From positions 61,878,001 to 61,942,000 of the forward strand of contig CM052816.1 in NCBI GenBank assembly GCA_028534125.1: a stretch of DNA of 64,000 bases. Reading direction: 5' to 3'. Source of the stretch: Lama glama (lineage: Eukaryota). The notes beneath the pieces are model-generated. The model was not told the DNA's origin. It did not search any database and worked only from the letters and a program-made list of their open reading frames with translations. The first letter of the stretch is position 1, and each line of letters opens with the position of its first letter. This document shows, in pieces, positions 36,354 through 48,705 of the stretch. Both the position numbers and the translations under genes were made by a program.

Positions 36354-38874
36354 GTCAATTAACTTCTTTATAATACGCTGAAATAAGGTCCAGAAGTTTT
36401 GCACTACTCCCTCAGAGGAAAGCAGGGGTTCATCATTTGAGTCAAAAGGAGCCTTAAAGTTCATTTCTTATACCCACAAATAAAAAGTCCACTCCCTCTC
36501 TGCCCACACCTCACTCCCAGCACCACTGGCAAAGGACCATTAACTCCCATTTGAACAACTGTACTGTTTTGTGATATGGCAACCCCACTACATTTTGGGC
36601 CTGGTCAACTTGTTAGAAAGTTTTTATTTATGGTTGAACCCAAAGCTGCCTCCTAATTTTCACTCATTAATCCTGGCCCTGTCCTTAGGAGTTTCAGAGA
36701 ACAGAAATAACCTTGCCCTCCTTTCATATGAACACCCTTCAATATAAAGGGGTTAGGGGGCGAGGCCATAATACCACAGTCTCTAGTTTCTTCCCCAGCA
36801 AGTTCATTAGCCCTCGGCCCTAAAGGATGGGTAACAAAACCCATGTAATTCTAAGCCATTTTCTCTTAAAATAGAATTCAAAATTTTCCGATCAGAAGTT
36901 TCAAAGAGATGCTAATTCATTTGAAATAATTTGTAATTTTAGATTTTCTTTCTATTTGAAAATGAAAGCCTTTAATTTAATTACTAAAAGCAGTTTTCTT
37001 CTGGTATCACCAGCAGGCAGATTTTGAAACTCCATTTGGTTCTTGTGTCCTTCCTCCAAGTAGCCCCCAGACATCCATAAATGCTGTTGGCAAAGTGCTT
37101 TAGGCTGAAGGTTGTGGCAGAAGCATAGTACCTAATTAGTAACCATTTATTTCATTTTCATTTGTGCTGGAGATTTTCATTGTTCAGCACTTACACCATC
37201 TAAAGTGACTAAAATGGTCACTGGGTTCACCTGCGCACATGGAAACGCGAACTAACGCGAGGCAATGGTTAGCAGCGGATCTGAATCACTGAAGCACTCC
37301 GACCAATTACTTATGTCTTCATCTCTAAGGAAAGCTGTGTTTCAGTCCCAGTGAAAGTTCATTTCAGAAACTAAGAAAAGTAATTTAAGTAACTACCATG
37401 TTCTCTTAATTACTCTGATAGGCTACGCCTTCTAAACTATATTGATAGGCTACGTTATCCACTGAAACAATTGTTTATAAATTTTTCTGAAAAGTCTAGC
37501 TTCAAGTACTTCACTGAAATTTGAATTAGCTTCTAAAGGGGTTGGAATTTGCCTGAAAAGGGAAATGAAAATGAGTAAGAAAAATTAAATGTGACTAAAT
37601 TTCCAACAAAGTATTGAGTAAATGAGCATCCAACTGCCTTGCATTTACTAAGTAGTCAATAAATCTTAAATTGAAGTGAGCAAAGATTTTTGCTATACCT
37701 TATGTTTAGCATTTAAGTTGTATGATTAAGTTTGATATTTCTCAGAAACTTTTAAATTTTATTTAAAAGAAAAATCTATATAGGTATTTGAATGGCCACA
37801 ACTATATTTCCATTTTGATTTTCCAGTACTATAAAATGTTCAGAAAGAGACAAGCAAATTATTTCCTTCTTGAAGCATCTATGACCTTCCTCAAAATCAA
37901 AATCTATTCGTTTACTTTCATTTTCAACCTAGAAAACAAAGTTCTCTTCTATTAGTTTTTTCCTACTTTATGCAGACATACCAAAACATTTACATAGTAT
38001 TAAGTTTTATGGGATGGAGGGGAAAAAGAAGACTGATTTCTGGACACTGCCAGTCTCTCCTGGGAATATGTCATTAATGGAGTCTATTTGAGACTAAACT
38101 TGCAAACGAAATGCCTTAATATGGCAAAAAAAAAACAAACCCTCAATATGATTTAATTAGAATTGAGATGTTAAAAAGAATATTCTCTCATATATGCAGC
38201 AAACTTTGATTCTATTCTTTCTTGTGTAGAAAGCTATCTCTAACTTTTCCATTGTAGCGAATTTGAAGCCCATAAAAGGCTCTCTGAGTTTCCTGGTAAT
38301 ACGTAGTAGTGTTCTTTTCAGAATCACAAAATTAATGAAAACAGCAGAGGTGTTAAAATCTTAGCAAGCTTCAGAGTTCTTGAGCAATAAGTAAAGCTAA
38401 TGTCTGGCAATAATATTTACTCTTTTCCTCTTTACTGACATATGTGACTGACAACCAATGGGCGGGGGTTTTCCAAGAAATAACATCACATAAAAACAGA
38501 TTCATCAAAGAATCTCTATACAAGACCTTGAAAGATTAAACTTCATAACATTAACATTAAGGGAGATTGTTCTCATGTAAATGATCCCTTTAAAGTGAAC
38601 CATTACAAAGGACTTGCCAACTGAGACCTAGGGTTTATTGGCAAAGGCATTTTGAGGAAGAACTGGGATGTGAAAAACTATACTAGAACTCATCACCTGC
38701 TAAACTAAGGAGTTGTAGATTCAATTCTGTTGGCTGCAGGGAGTCAATAAGGAATATGAGCAAGGAGGGCTGACATGAATAGAACCGGGTTTTAAGAAAA
38801 TCACTCCATAAACACAGTAAAGGCCACACTGAAGGCTGAAAGCGGGGAAACCAGCTATATTACAACATTATAAG

Positions 38875-39582
38875 CCAGGGACCAACAAAATTTCTGCAGA
38901 GTACCAGACAGTAAATATTACAGGCTTAACAGGCCACATGGCCTGATCACAACTACTCAACTCTGCCCTTGTGGTGTAAAAGCAGCAACAGACAAAATGT
39001 AAACAAATGAGTGCGGCTGTGTTCTATTAAAACTCTTGCCAACTAAAGAATGTCACTAGACATCTGCTCTGCAAGGACTGAGTCACTCACTAGCCACTGC
39101 AGTCGCTGACCATCAACACACCCTGAAAGGAGCACAGGGTGGGGATCAGGAATGAGGTATTCCGTGCTCTGAAAAGACTGGCAGAACAAGCCTTCAGATA
39201 CTTCGGTATTTTCAGGGGAAAATTTTATGAGCCCAATTTCTTGCATCTTCCCATATTTAGAAAAGCACTACAATCATTAATCAAGAATCTGTGCCTTGTG
39301 ACTAGCAGCAACCTTCTACCCAGATGTTTGTGCCTGATTACATGTACCCCTTTGCCAAAATCACATGTACACTGACTAGCTCGTTACCTCTTCGAAGCAG
39401 TTTTTTCAGAGCTATCTGAGAGGCTGTCTCCTGGGCTACAGTCCTCAGTATGTCCCCAAATAAAAGTGAAACTCACACCTCTCATGTGCATTTTTATTTT
39501 AGTCAACACTCTCAAAAACAGGTGATTCAAAAATAAGTGGCAGGGCAGATTCGGTCTGTAGGCTGCAGTTTGCCAATCCTTG
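38875..39582. mobile_element. MER58A-like hAT MITE split by an LTR insertion
   Basis: Left half CAGGGACCAACAAAATTTCTG...ACTACTCAACTCTGCCCTTGTGGTGTAAAAGCAGC...GGCTGTGTTCTATTAAAACT; right half GGCAGATTCGGTCTGTAGGCTGCAGTTTGCCAATCCTTG. Confidence 0.8.
39037..39508 (+). mobile_element. ERV solo LTR (472 bp; ERV1-class by its 4-bp TSD)
   Basis: TG...CA termini with an imperfect inverted repeat (TGCCAACTAAA / TTTAGTCAACA), TSD CTCT at 39033-39036 and 39509-39512, and AATAAA at 39459-39464. Confidence 0.85.
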
Positions 39583-39609
39583 TTCTAAGTCATCAATTAA
39601 AGCTAGAAC

Positions 39610-39900
39610 TTGGCAAATAAAGTGACAGTGAAGATGTAAGGAAACTGATCTTAAAGACTGAAGTGGAAGATCTGGTAGGTTTTGGTGACTGACTAGATGT
39701 AGAGGTAGACATTAGAAAAATGAGTCTAGAACGACTTCCAAATTTCTAGATTGAGCAGCTAGGTGGGAGAGGACATAGTCAGTGAGACAGGGAATCTAGG
39801 ATAGGGAGTAAGCTTGGTAAGAATAGTGATAATTTCTGTTTTGGACATGCTGAATTCGAAGTTCCTGTGGGACATCTAACTGAGACAGTTTCCAAGTTGA
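39610..39900 (-). mobile_element. L2 fragment
   Basis: GGTTTTGGTGACTGACTAGATGT, GATTGAGCAGCTAGGTGG and TTCTGTTTTGGACATGCTGAATTCGAAGTTCCTGTGGGACATCTAA. Confidence 0.75.
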
Positions 39901-40019
39901 GGGGATGTAATGAAGTAGTAACAGTAAAGTATAGCAGACTTTTCCACATCTGATCAGTCACTACATTTTGTCGATTGTTCCTTACAGAACTCTCAAATTC
40001 CTTTGCCACTCCCCACTCC

Positions 40020-40330
40020 CAGTGCCTTGGTTAGCTCTTTATGACCTGGGCTATTGGAGTGGTCTCAGAACTGGCTTCCAGGCATCAAGCCTCAGGCACT
40101 CTAATACACTGTCTACACTATGGCCAAAGGAACCATTCCCAAATATAAATCTGATCATGGTGCTCCCCTGCTTAAAACTCTTCAACAGCTTCCCAACAAT
40201 GTATAAGCCCTTTATGATCTGACTTCTATTTACTTGTTGTTGACAAACAATAACAAACAATTGTAGCAGTTCTCTTTTGTCTTTGTGTAGTACATACTGT
40301 TACCTTCAGCTGAAAAAAACCTGCTGCATA
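40020..40330 (+). mobile_element. L2 fragment
   Basis: AAATCTGATCATGGTGCTCCCCTGCTTAAAACTCTTCAACAGCTTCCCA. Confidence 0.7.
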
Positions 40331-41661
40331 GAAAAATGTAGAAATTATGCCAAAAATATGAACAGCTCTATATAAACAGTAAAAACTTTCTTCTTTTTAA
40401 AAATTGTCTGTTTTCTAAATGTCTTAAATTAGTACACATAACTTTTTTAATTCTCTTAAAGAAAAGGCAGAGAAAGTTAAAATACACACATAAGAACAGC
40501 AACAAATTTCCTTTTCTGCCAAATCCTGCTCCATCCTTGGGAACACTGCATCTTCAAAACTAATATCCATTAAGGACACTGGTCTGGGGCTGTGGAGTCA
40601 TGCCTCCTGTCTGGCTACCACTGCTGGTCCTTCTGGACACCCTGCAGAGCTCAGATCTCTGCTTGGCACACTTGGCTTCTGGGCCCCACCACGCTGACTC
40701 CCAGACCCAGACTTGGAGATTTAGTTCTGAAGAGGGCAAGCCTGAAGGGCTATGTCCCTGCAGGGAGCTCATCTGCAGCAGTTTCCTCCCCAAGAGATTA
40801 GAGCTTAGCCCTTAGAGCTTAGCCCTTAGACATTAGGTCTAAGAAAGTTTATAATACGCAGTCTTCTGGCCACAGATGGCCTTGCTCAGACAGTTACCAC
40901 ATCCCCTATAATAAGTGCCAGGAATCCTCCTTGATTCTGTCATCTTTGGGCACTCAATCAGTTGCCAGGTCTAGTTGCCATTTCTTTCACAACCAACTTT
41001 CCCCCCATCTCTTCCTTTGTATGTTCTTTTCAACTGCTTTAATCACTCCCATGTATAACTGCCCAGATGCCTAATGGATTTTTCTGACTTTAGTCTTCTA
41101 CTGCTGTAATCCATCTTATTACCATAGTGTTCAGAAACCTTAAATAGATATCTAAAGAAAGCTTAAACAGTCTGCCTCAAGATCTCCAGACTCCAGCCCA
41201 GCACTTTGTTTCCCAACATTTGCCTATGGAGACAGCTGGGCCTCTCCCAGTTCCCACACCAGGCCTCATGCTTCCCCGCTTCCAGGAACTTTCTCAAATC
41301 CCCTCCAGAGAGGAATGACCTCCCTCCACCTGTATCTATCAACTTGAATTCTTTCAACACTGCCTATTTTACCCTCACCTTCTTCATTCCTGGAATCTTC
41401 ACAGAGGCCATCATAATTCAATGTACACTAGATGAGTACTGAATGAATGCTTCTTCTCAACAAGTGTTTTAAGGACCAAGACTTTGTCTTCACATCTCTA
41501 ACCTCTGTACACTTATTTAAGAACCTAATGAAGGTACTTAACAGATAAAGGTACTTCACTTATTCACTTATTCAATAAACATTTCCTGAGCACCTAGTAC
41601 ATGTCAGGCACACAGGTTAGGAATTCACAAAGAGAACAGAATTTAAATTATGAAAATGGTC

Positions 41662-42570
41662 TGTGACATAAGAAGAAAAATACATATTTGGTCTCTGCCC
41701 CTGACAAAGATTTCCTAAAACCCTTGTAATTTCCTGAATGATGGGGCTGATAGAAGCATCTTATACAGTACTCCTAAACTCCGTGGAATTTCCTGAGTGT
41801 TAGGAGTCTATCTTTTGTTCTAATGAGATGACTCCAGGTAGGCTACCTAGACAGCTTCAGGATGCAGGCTGGCAACAGAAAGGCCAAACCATGATAAGAA
41901 CCTTGGAACTTTTAGCTCCATCCCCCATCCTCTGGGGAGGGGATAAGGGCTGGAGACTAATTAATAAATCAATCATGCCTATGTAATAAAGCCTTGATGA
42001 AAATCACTAAACTGTGGGGTTCAGAGAGCTTCCAGGTTGGTATAAGCATCCATGTGCTGGGAGAGTGGTCCACTCTAAATTCCACGGGGTCAGAATCCCT
42101 TGTGCTTGGGACCCTTTCAGATCTCATGCTATGTATCTGTTCACCTGTATCCTTTACAATAAACTAGTAAACAAAAGTGTTTCCCTGAGTTCTGTGAGTC
42201 ATTCGGGTAAATTACTGAACCCAAGAGAGGGTTTGTGGAAGCCCCAGATTAACAGCCTAGTTGAACAGAAGCGTGGGTAATCTGGCAACCCACTACTTGC
42301 AACTGGTGTCTGAAGCAGCGGGCAATTCTGTGGGACTTTAGGCTGAAAAAGCTACAGAATAAGGAAATATGCAACTAGGCAGGGGATGGAAGTTGGGGGG
42401 TAAGTATGTATGAAACCTGTGGAGTGTTTGCTAACTCTGTGTAGTAAGTACTAGAACTGAATTAAACTGTAGGACACCTAGTTAGTGTTGGTAGAGAATT
42501 GCTTGGTATAGAAAATCCACACCTTTGGTGTCAGACATGTTGTGAGTAGAGAAACAGTTTTTTCTTTTAT
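41662..42570. mobile_element. MER21-like solo LTR (about 0.9 kb)
   Basis: TGTGACATAAGAAGAAAAATACATATTTGGTCTCTGCCCC, GACAGCTTCAGGATG, GAGAGCTTCCAGGTTGGT and GAACTGAATTAAACTGTAGGACACCTAGTTAGTGT, all as in MER21 family consensus sequences. Confidence 0.85.
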
Positions 42571-45500
42571 GGTGCAACCTTACATTGTTTTGAAAGAGTC
42601 TTTTCTTATCAAAGAAGAACTAGACCAGACAGATTCTCAGTTCCTCTTGAGGCAAGTTTTTATAATACGATTCATTATTTCTCATAAATACCCTAAGCAC
42701 ATATGACCACATTCAAATCTGAGTATAAAAATCATTCTAAATCTAAATAAATGATTTTATAAATTTGGTCAGTTTAGGTTACCATACTTCTGTTCCTTTT
42801 CTTTGACAAAAAAAATCAAGAGCTTACTAGGTTATTCTAAGACTCAAAGTTATAAATTTCAGCTTTAATACTTACGGGGAAATGGGCCTTCCAGAACACT
42901 TGTAAGTTAAGAGGCAGAGGACACCTGTGTATTAACTCTGCTTTCTCCCTCTGGATGAGAAAAGGTCCTTGCTGACGCTGAGTTTGGTTCAAGAACCAGG
43001 AAAGTCTGGTAATTATAAACATTCCCTTAAAAGGAAGCCCACAGAGTGTTAGTTCAAGTTCTTCTGGAATAGTGATGAAAATGGAATAGCTCACAGATTC
43101 TTAGTTCTTTTAGAATAGTGACTCTAAAAGGGTAGTGACATACCAAGAAATGACTTTTCTTGATTCAGGGACCCTATCTCACATGTATATTGTTATTGGC
43201 AACTGCTGATCCCTATTAGGGGCTAAGAGAAGCTATGCTGAGATATGTTGCACCTGCTTCCGCCTGATTTTATCTCTGATAAAATACTGGACCTTTGGTT
43301 AATTAAATTGGGAACTGAAGGTAAAAAGCACACACGGGTGTATGTATATATGTTATCCTCTTGTCAATCTGTAACCCACCCAAAACATTGCATTTAGAGA
43401 AAAACTAAAATAGCAAAGGTAATCTAATTGCTTTGACTGAAAGGTAACGTTAATTATTCAGGAATAAATCAATTATGTGATCCATACTATTTGTGGAGAA
43501 TGTTCATTTGATTAATTGAAGAGAGTTACTCTTCAGTAGGGAGAACTTCTGGTCATGAAACAAAACGTAGATAATTCAGGAATCTCTAGGGAAAATGTAA
43601 TGTAGTAAGGTGTTTTATACTTCAACTTTTTCAAAATGATACCTCAAAAGATAGAAGATGTTAAAAATGTCTTCCAAAGGAATACTATTAAAAGTTTGCA
43701 ACTTCAAAAATACTTTGAAAGAAAAGGGTTTTCTAGAACCAGCAACAACTACTTCAGATTTTATATTTTGAAAAATGCTCAGCAAAATTACACATTGAAG
43801 TAAGTTGCAAAGTTGTAAAACTAAATAAGAAAGATCCTATGAACTCTTTTTTTTTTTGTCTATGTTTGTTTTTAATGTCCAACATGCAGAAAAGAGTAGT
43901 AAAATGGATTTTGTTAAGCCTGGACTTCTCTCTTGTTGGCCTAAGAACAAGTCATTTTGCTATACAGCAAAAGATAAGACTAATGCTAGATATTAAACAC
44001 GACTTCACTGACATCTTTTCTGGTTTCCCCACGAAAAAGAGACTGATTAAAATCTTCTCCTGAGGTTTGAAACCAAATTTGGCAGTTTAGTAGCCAAAGT
44101 AAGCAATGGAGTCACATTAAAAACTTATCAGTGTACAAAGTTCTTTTTAAAAGTTTAAAAGTTAACTAAAATAAAGTAAGCTATTGAAGATTTTAACATC
44201 TTTAAATCCCAGTCTCAACAACCAAAAATGTAGTTACATATGATAAAGATTATAATAGTGCCACTTTGCTCCAAAGGCATTACAATTCCTTCCTGAAATA
44301 AAGTAAGCCTCTGATATACTCCTTCCCCTCCCCCCAAAATTATAAATGTTAAAAGTTAAGCCTCATTTCAGAAATGCAGAAGGAGGGCAAATTTTCTGAG
44401 GGTTTCTCATTTGTACCTGGAAAAATCTTGAGCTTGAATGACTTGAGAACTGCAATTACGTACACCCACAAATGGCCCAATGTAGACATGAGTATTTGTT
44501 TGTAAAATTTGGTGCGTATGAAGTGGCAAGTACAAAAGCCATCCTTTTGAAACTTTTCCTGGTGGATGGAAAATCTTAGTTTCTCATTTATGTAAACCAG
44601 TTCTGTAACTCAGATAAATACAACTTTTTTAGAATAGGAACATTACAGCAGCCTTGCTTTTCCTCGGCTAAACTTAGAGCATTCAATGATGGGCACATTT
44701 TCTGAGCTCCACCTTCTGCAAACAAATTTAAAAGTACTGAAAAGCAACCAAGGCTTTACATCACAGAATAACAGATTTAGGAACGAACACTGGAGAAAAT
44801 GTTACGAACAGTACTGTTACCCTTTTGGGTGATTTAAACAGTAAGATTTATTGTCTCTTTCTAGTCTAAATTTTAAACCATGGATTTTGTCAAAGGTTAG
44901 TACTAACTCACATCAAATTAGGATTGATGTGAATGGGCCAACTCACTCCTAACCACATACTAAAAGTAAGAAAATGATTTGCCTTTTTTTTTTTTAAAGG
45001 TCATATGTCTGGGACTACAGCAAAAAGCATTATTATTAAAGGGAAAACTCCATGTGGTTCCAAGAATGGCAAAAACATCTTCACAGAGGAAACTCTTGAT
45101 TAGCAATTGAATGAAAGTAAAAATACAAAAGTTAGGTGAAATCTAAAAATAGAACACAGCATGTAATACACTGCAAAGCCCCAGCAAACAGCCAGTGCTA
45201 TTTGTGCCTGAATGCTTGGGATTCACCTCTTTTCTCTTTGTCTTCTAGAACCATCAATGATCATTAGATTACCTCAAAAGTACAGGACTTGTAAACACTT
45301 TGAAATAATGTGGTACCTCATCAGTATTCAAACTTAATTGTAAGCCTCTTCTGTATGTTCACTAGGTTCTGTTATTATAAATGGATAAAAATAATATACT
45401 CTCAGTCGAATGCCTTAAATGTGATCATTAAATAATTATCTGAATAGAGTACTTAAATATTTGTTAAACTGGATGTAGAATATAATTCATAAACTAGTTT

Positions 45501-45739
45501 AATTCTTCATTAAATATTTTCTTCTTGAGTTAAGCAATTTATCGTCCATCTAGTCTATCATCAAAATTAAGCTAAATCTTTGTTTGGGTTTGACACATTT
45601 CAACAGTCCTGAGAATTAAGATAGGCTCATAAAGAGACAAGAGATATGGAAGCAACATGTATAAGGACAAAGCTTGAGTCTTTTTTCCCTAGGCAAGAAC
45701 ACAGTGGCCTCTCTCATTAAAATAAAAATAACTAACTAA

Positions 45740-45890
45740 ATAAATAACAACAAGGATATACTGTATAGCACAGGGAATTACAGCCATTATCTTGTAATTA
45801 ATGGAGCATAATCTGCAAAAGTACTGAAACTCTATGCTGTACACCTGAAACTAATAGAATGTTATGTCAACTACACTTCAATAAATAAAT
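45740..45890 (+). mobile_element. Short L1 3' UTR end
   Basis: AACAAGGATATACTGTATAGCACAGGGAATTA...CTATGCTGTACACCTGAAACTAAT...AACTACACTTCAATAAA. Confidence 0.8.
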
Positions 45891-48489
45891 AATATGAAGC
45901 TATCCTATAAAACAATTCACCAGAGAAGTCTGACTAATTGTTTGCTAGAGGCTGTAATTCCAGAGATGGTTTAGAGGAAAAATAAATTATTTAAAGACAC
46001 TGGATCTTCCACACAATGAAAGAATATTAACATAAAATTTTAGTTTTATCAAAAATTTAACCATCAATTCATGGCAAACTACTTCTTCTAACAGAAATGA
46101 ATCCATATTACCTATATCTAGCAAGATAACATCATACATAAATATACAGCTATTTCCACTGCTAATTTACATAATGGAAAGTGGAAAACTTTGCTGTTTC
46201 CAAATCCCAAGCCAAAGTATATAATTATCTTTGCCAAACATTCAGCAATCTACAGAGTCTGAATGCGTAAGATATCCATAGCCAGTATTACATCTGTTTT
46301 ATGGACATGCCTATAATGGGAAGGAGGAACACAGATTTAGCCAATAATCCTCTATAAATGTGATTTAGACTTTTACTTTACATAGAAATTTATCATTCAT
46401 TTATTTAGCAACTTTTTGAAAAGTAAATTTTCCAATTATAATATTGGAAGATGTTCACTATTTAAAGACATGATGTTAAATACATCCTGGAGAAGTTGAG
46501 TGGAAATACTCTATTGTTAGGAAAGTTCTTCAGTCTACTATTTATGTGCCTGAGAGACTATCTTTTTATCAAAATAAATAAAATTTATAAATCTGAAAAC
46601 CGTAAGAAAATATAAACTTATTATAATGTTCTCCCTTCAGTTTTGTTAATTTAGATTTTAAAAGATGTTTCTCTGTACTGCTAAGAGGGGGACATTTGCA
46701 GGCTCCAGAAACCTTCAGTTGTTTTAGCGGTGGGAGCCAGGGGAACTCCCAGAATTGAAAACTCTTTTCCTGTTCTACAACTGAATCCAAGGACAATCTT
46801 TAGAAACAATTCTTGCTTCACCAAATATGAAGCTTGCTTTTGGAGATGGCTCAGGGGAAAGGATTAAGAGCTTAGGTGTACACAAGTCTGAAGAAACAGC
46901 GTTGTATAAGCATATGAATGGGAAACTTTTGGACCCTAGGTATAGAATACATGTGTCCTTGGAATTTACAAAGAAACTTTAGTTTCAATCAAAACAAACA
47001 GCAGAAAATACAAGAAAGGACATACATCAGTAAAAATAAAATTAAGATAAATGCTTGGAAATCTCTCCACTTGCCTTTTGAATGTGTCACTGCACTGAGC
47101 ATTACCTTTTGGCCAGGCTGAGAAGAGTGATTATCATCTAGTCTAACTTAGAGTGAAAGGCGTTTCATAGGACTCCAAAAACCAAATTATAAACATGAGG
47201 TTAAAACAAAACATAAAATTATTCCAGATCTTTTGTAGGGTCCTAGCAAATTACATCAAGGTTCCTTTGGTTAAAAAAAAAAGTTCCTTTTGTATTTGTG
47301 ATATGTAGAAGAATACTGAGATAGTATGAGGAGATGTAGTATTAGAGCTTCATAAAAGGGTTCATCTAAAGTTCAAATCAGAAAAGAACAGAGTTTTGTT
47401 TCTGGTTACAAGGATGGCAGAAAAAAATTCTACTTATTACCCTTTTATGCAATGAGATGTAATTCGATAAATGTTAAAAAATTTCAAAGAATTAATTTGT
47501 TTTTACTTTCTTTAGAATTTGAATATTAATGATACAACATGATTTCCTTTAAAAAAGGTGATGGGTAAATTTTGAGGTTGCTTCCAAGAAAAAAATTCAC
47601 AGTTGATTTTCCCCCATCTGATGTTTAGTGATAATATTCAAATTTGGATCATGGTTATTTACTATTCTAACAGAATAATTTCATTCGATGTGATTGATCA
47701 CTGGCATGAAGTCTCCTGTTGGCCTCAAAAATATGGTTAAGCTACTTTTGTATTCAATCAGAAGTTCTGGCAAATATGTTCAAAAAAGATAGAAGCAATC
47801 AACAGCTACTGTGTTCTGGATTAATGATGGATTTAGCTGAAGCAAAGACTAATTTTGACTATATTCAGAGACTCAGCACTTTCCCCCTACACTGTGTGGC
47901 AATGATGATAACTAGCCTTTTAGTACAAAGCTTTGGGGGAAGGCCATAGGAAAAGAATCACAACTTTGAGTTATGTCACAGAGCTAATAACAACTTTCAA
48001 AGAAATGCAGATTGCAAAGAAAACACGAGCTGAAAGCAAAAGCCTACAGAAAGCAGTACAAATGGTTGTTTAACTTCAAGACTAGCCAAGTTGTGTTATC
48101 ATTTAGCACTGAAGACCAAAACAATTCCCCAACCCTTTATAACCACTGAAAATACCTCCTGAGGCCATTGAACCTGCTGAAGGAATCATTTCAAAAGCAC
48201 AAATTGGTCAATGGATAAATAAGAGAATCCAGTTATAGCACATTGACGAAAGCATTTACTCCTTTGTCTCTGCTTTCAAAGCAGTTCATAGTGTACTTTT
48301 CAAACTAAAGTAGTCTAAACAAGATATACAAAGAACTGATTCTGAAGGTCTTCAGAAATAAAATGTGTCATCGATTTGATTTAGTTTAAGTATGAGCTGA
48401 TTTGAAAGCAGTGAGAGAACCTGGGAGTTTCCAAACATCCAGAATTAATGGAGTACATATAAAAATCTACAGAATGCAAAATAATAATT

Positions 48490-48700
48490 TGCAAACACAC
48501 AGGCTGATTTTATGCCAGGCAGTGTTCTAAGAGCTTTATCTCTACATATACATTAACTCATCCTCACACAAATCCTATGACATAGTACTATTATAAGCTC
48601 ACCTGACAAATAAACTGAGGTAATTACTTGCTCTGGATCCCACAGCTAGGCAGAGCCAGATTCATTTGGTTCTAGTCTCTGCTCTAAGCTTTTAAATCAC
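48490..48700 (-). mobile_element. MIR SINE
   Basis: TATGCCAGGCAGTGTTCTAAGAGCTTTA...CATTAACTCATCCTCACACAAATCCTATGA. Confidence 0.8.
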
Positions 48701-48705
48701 TACAT

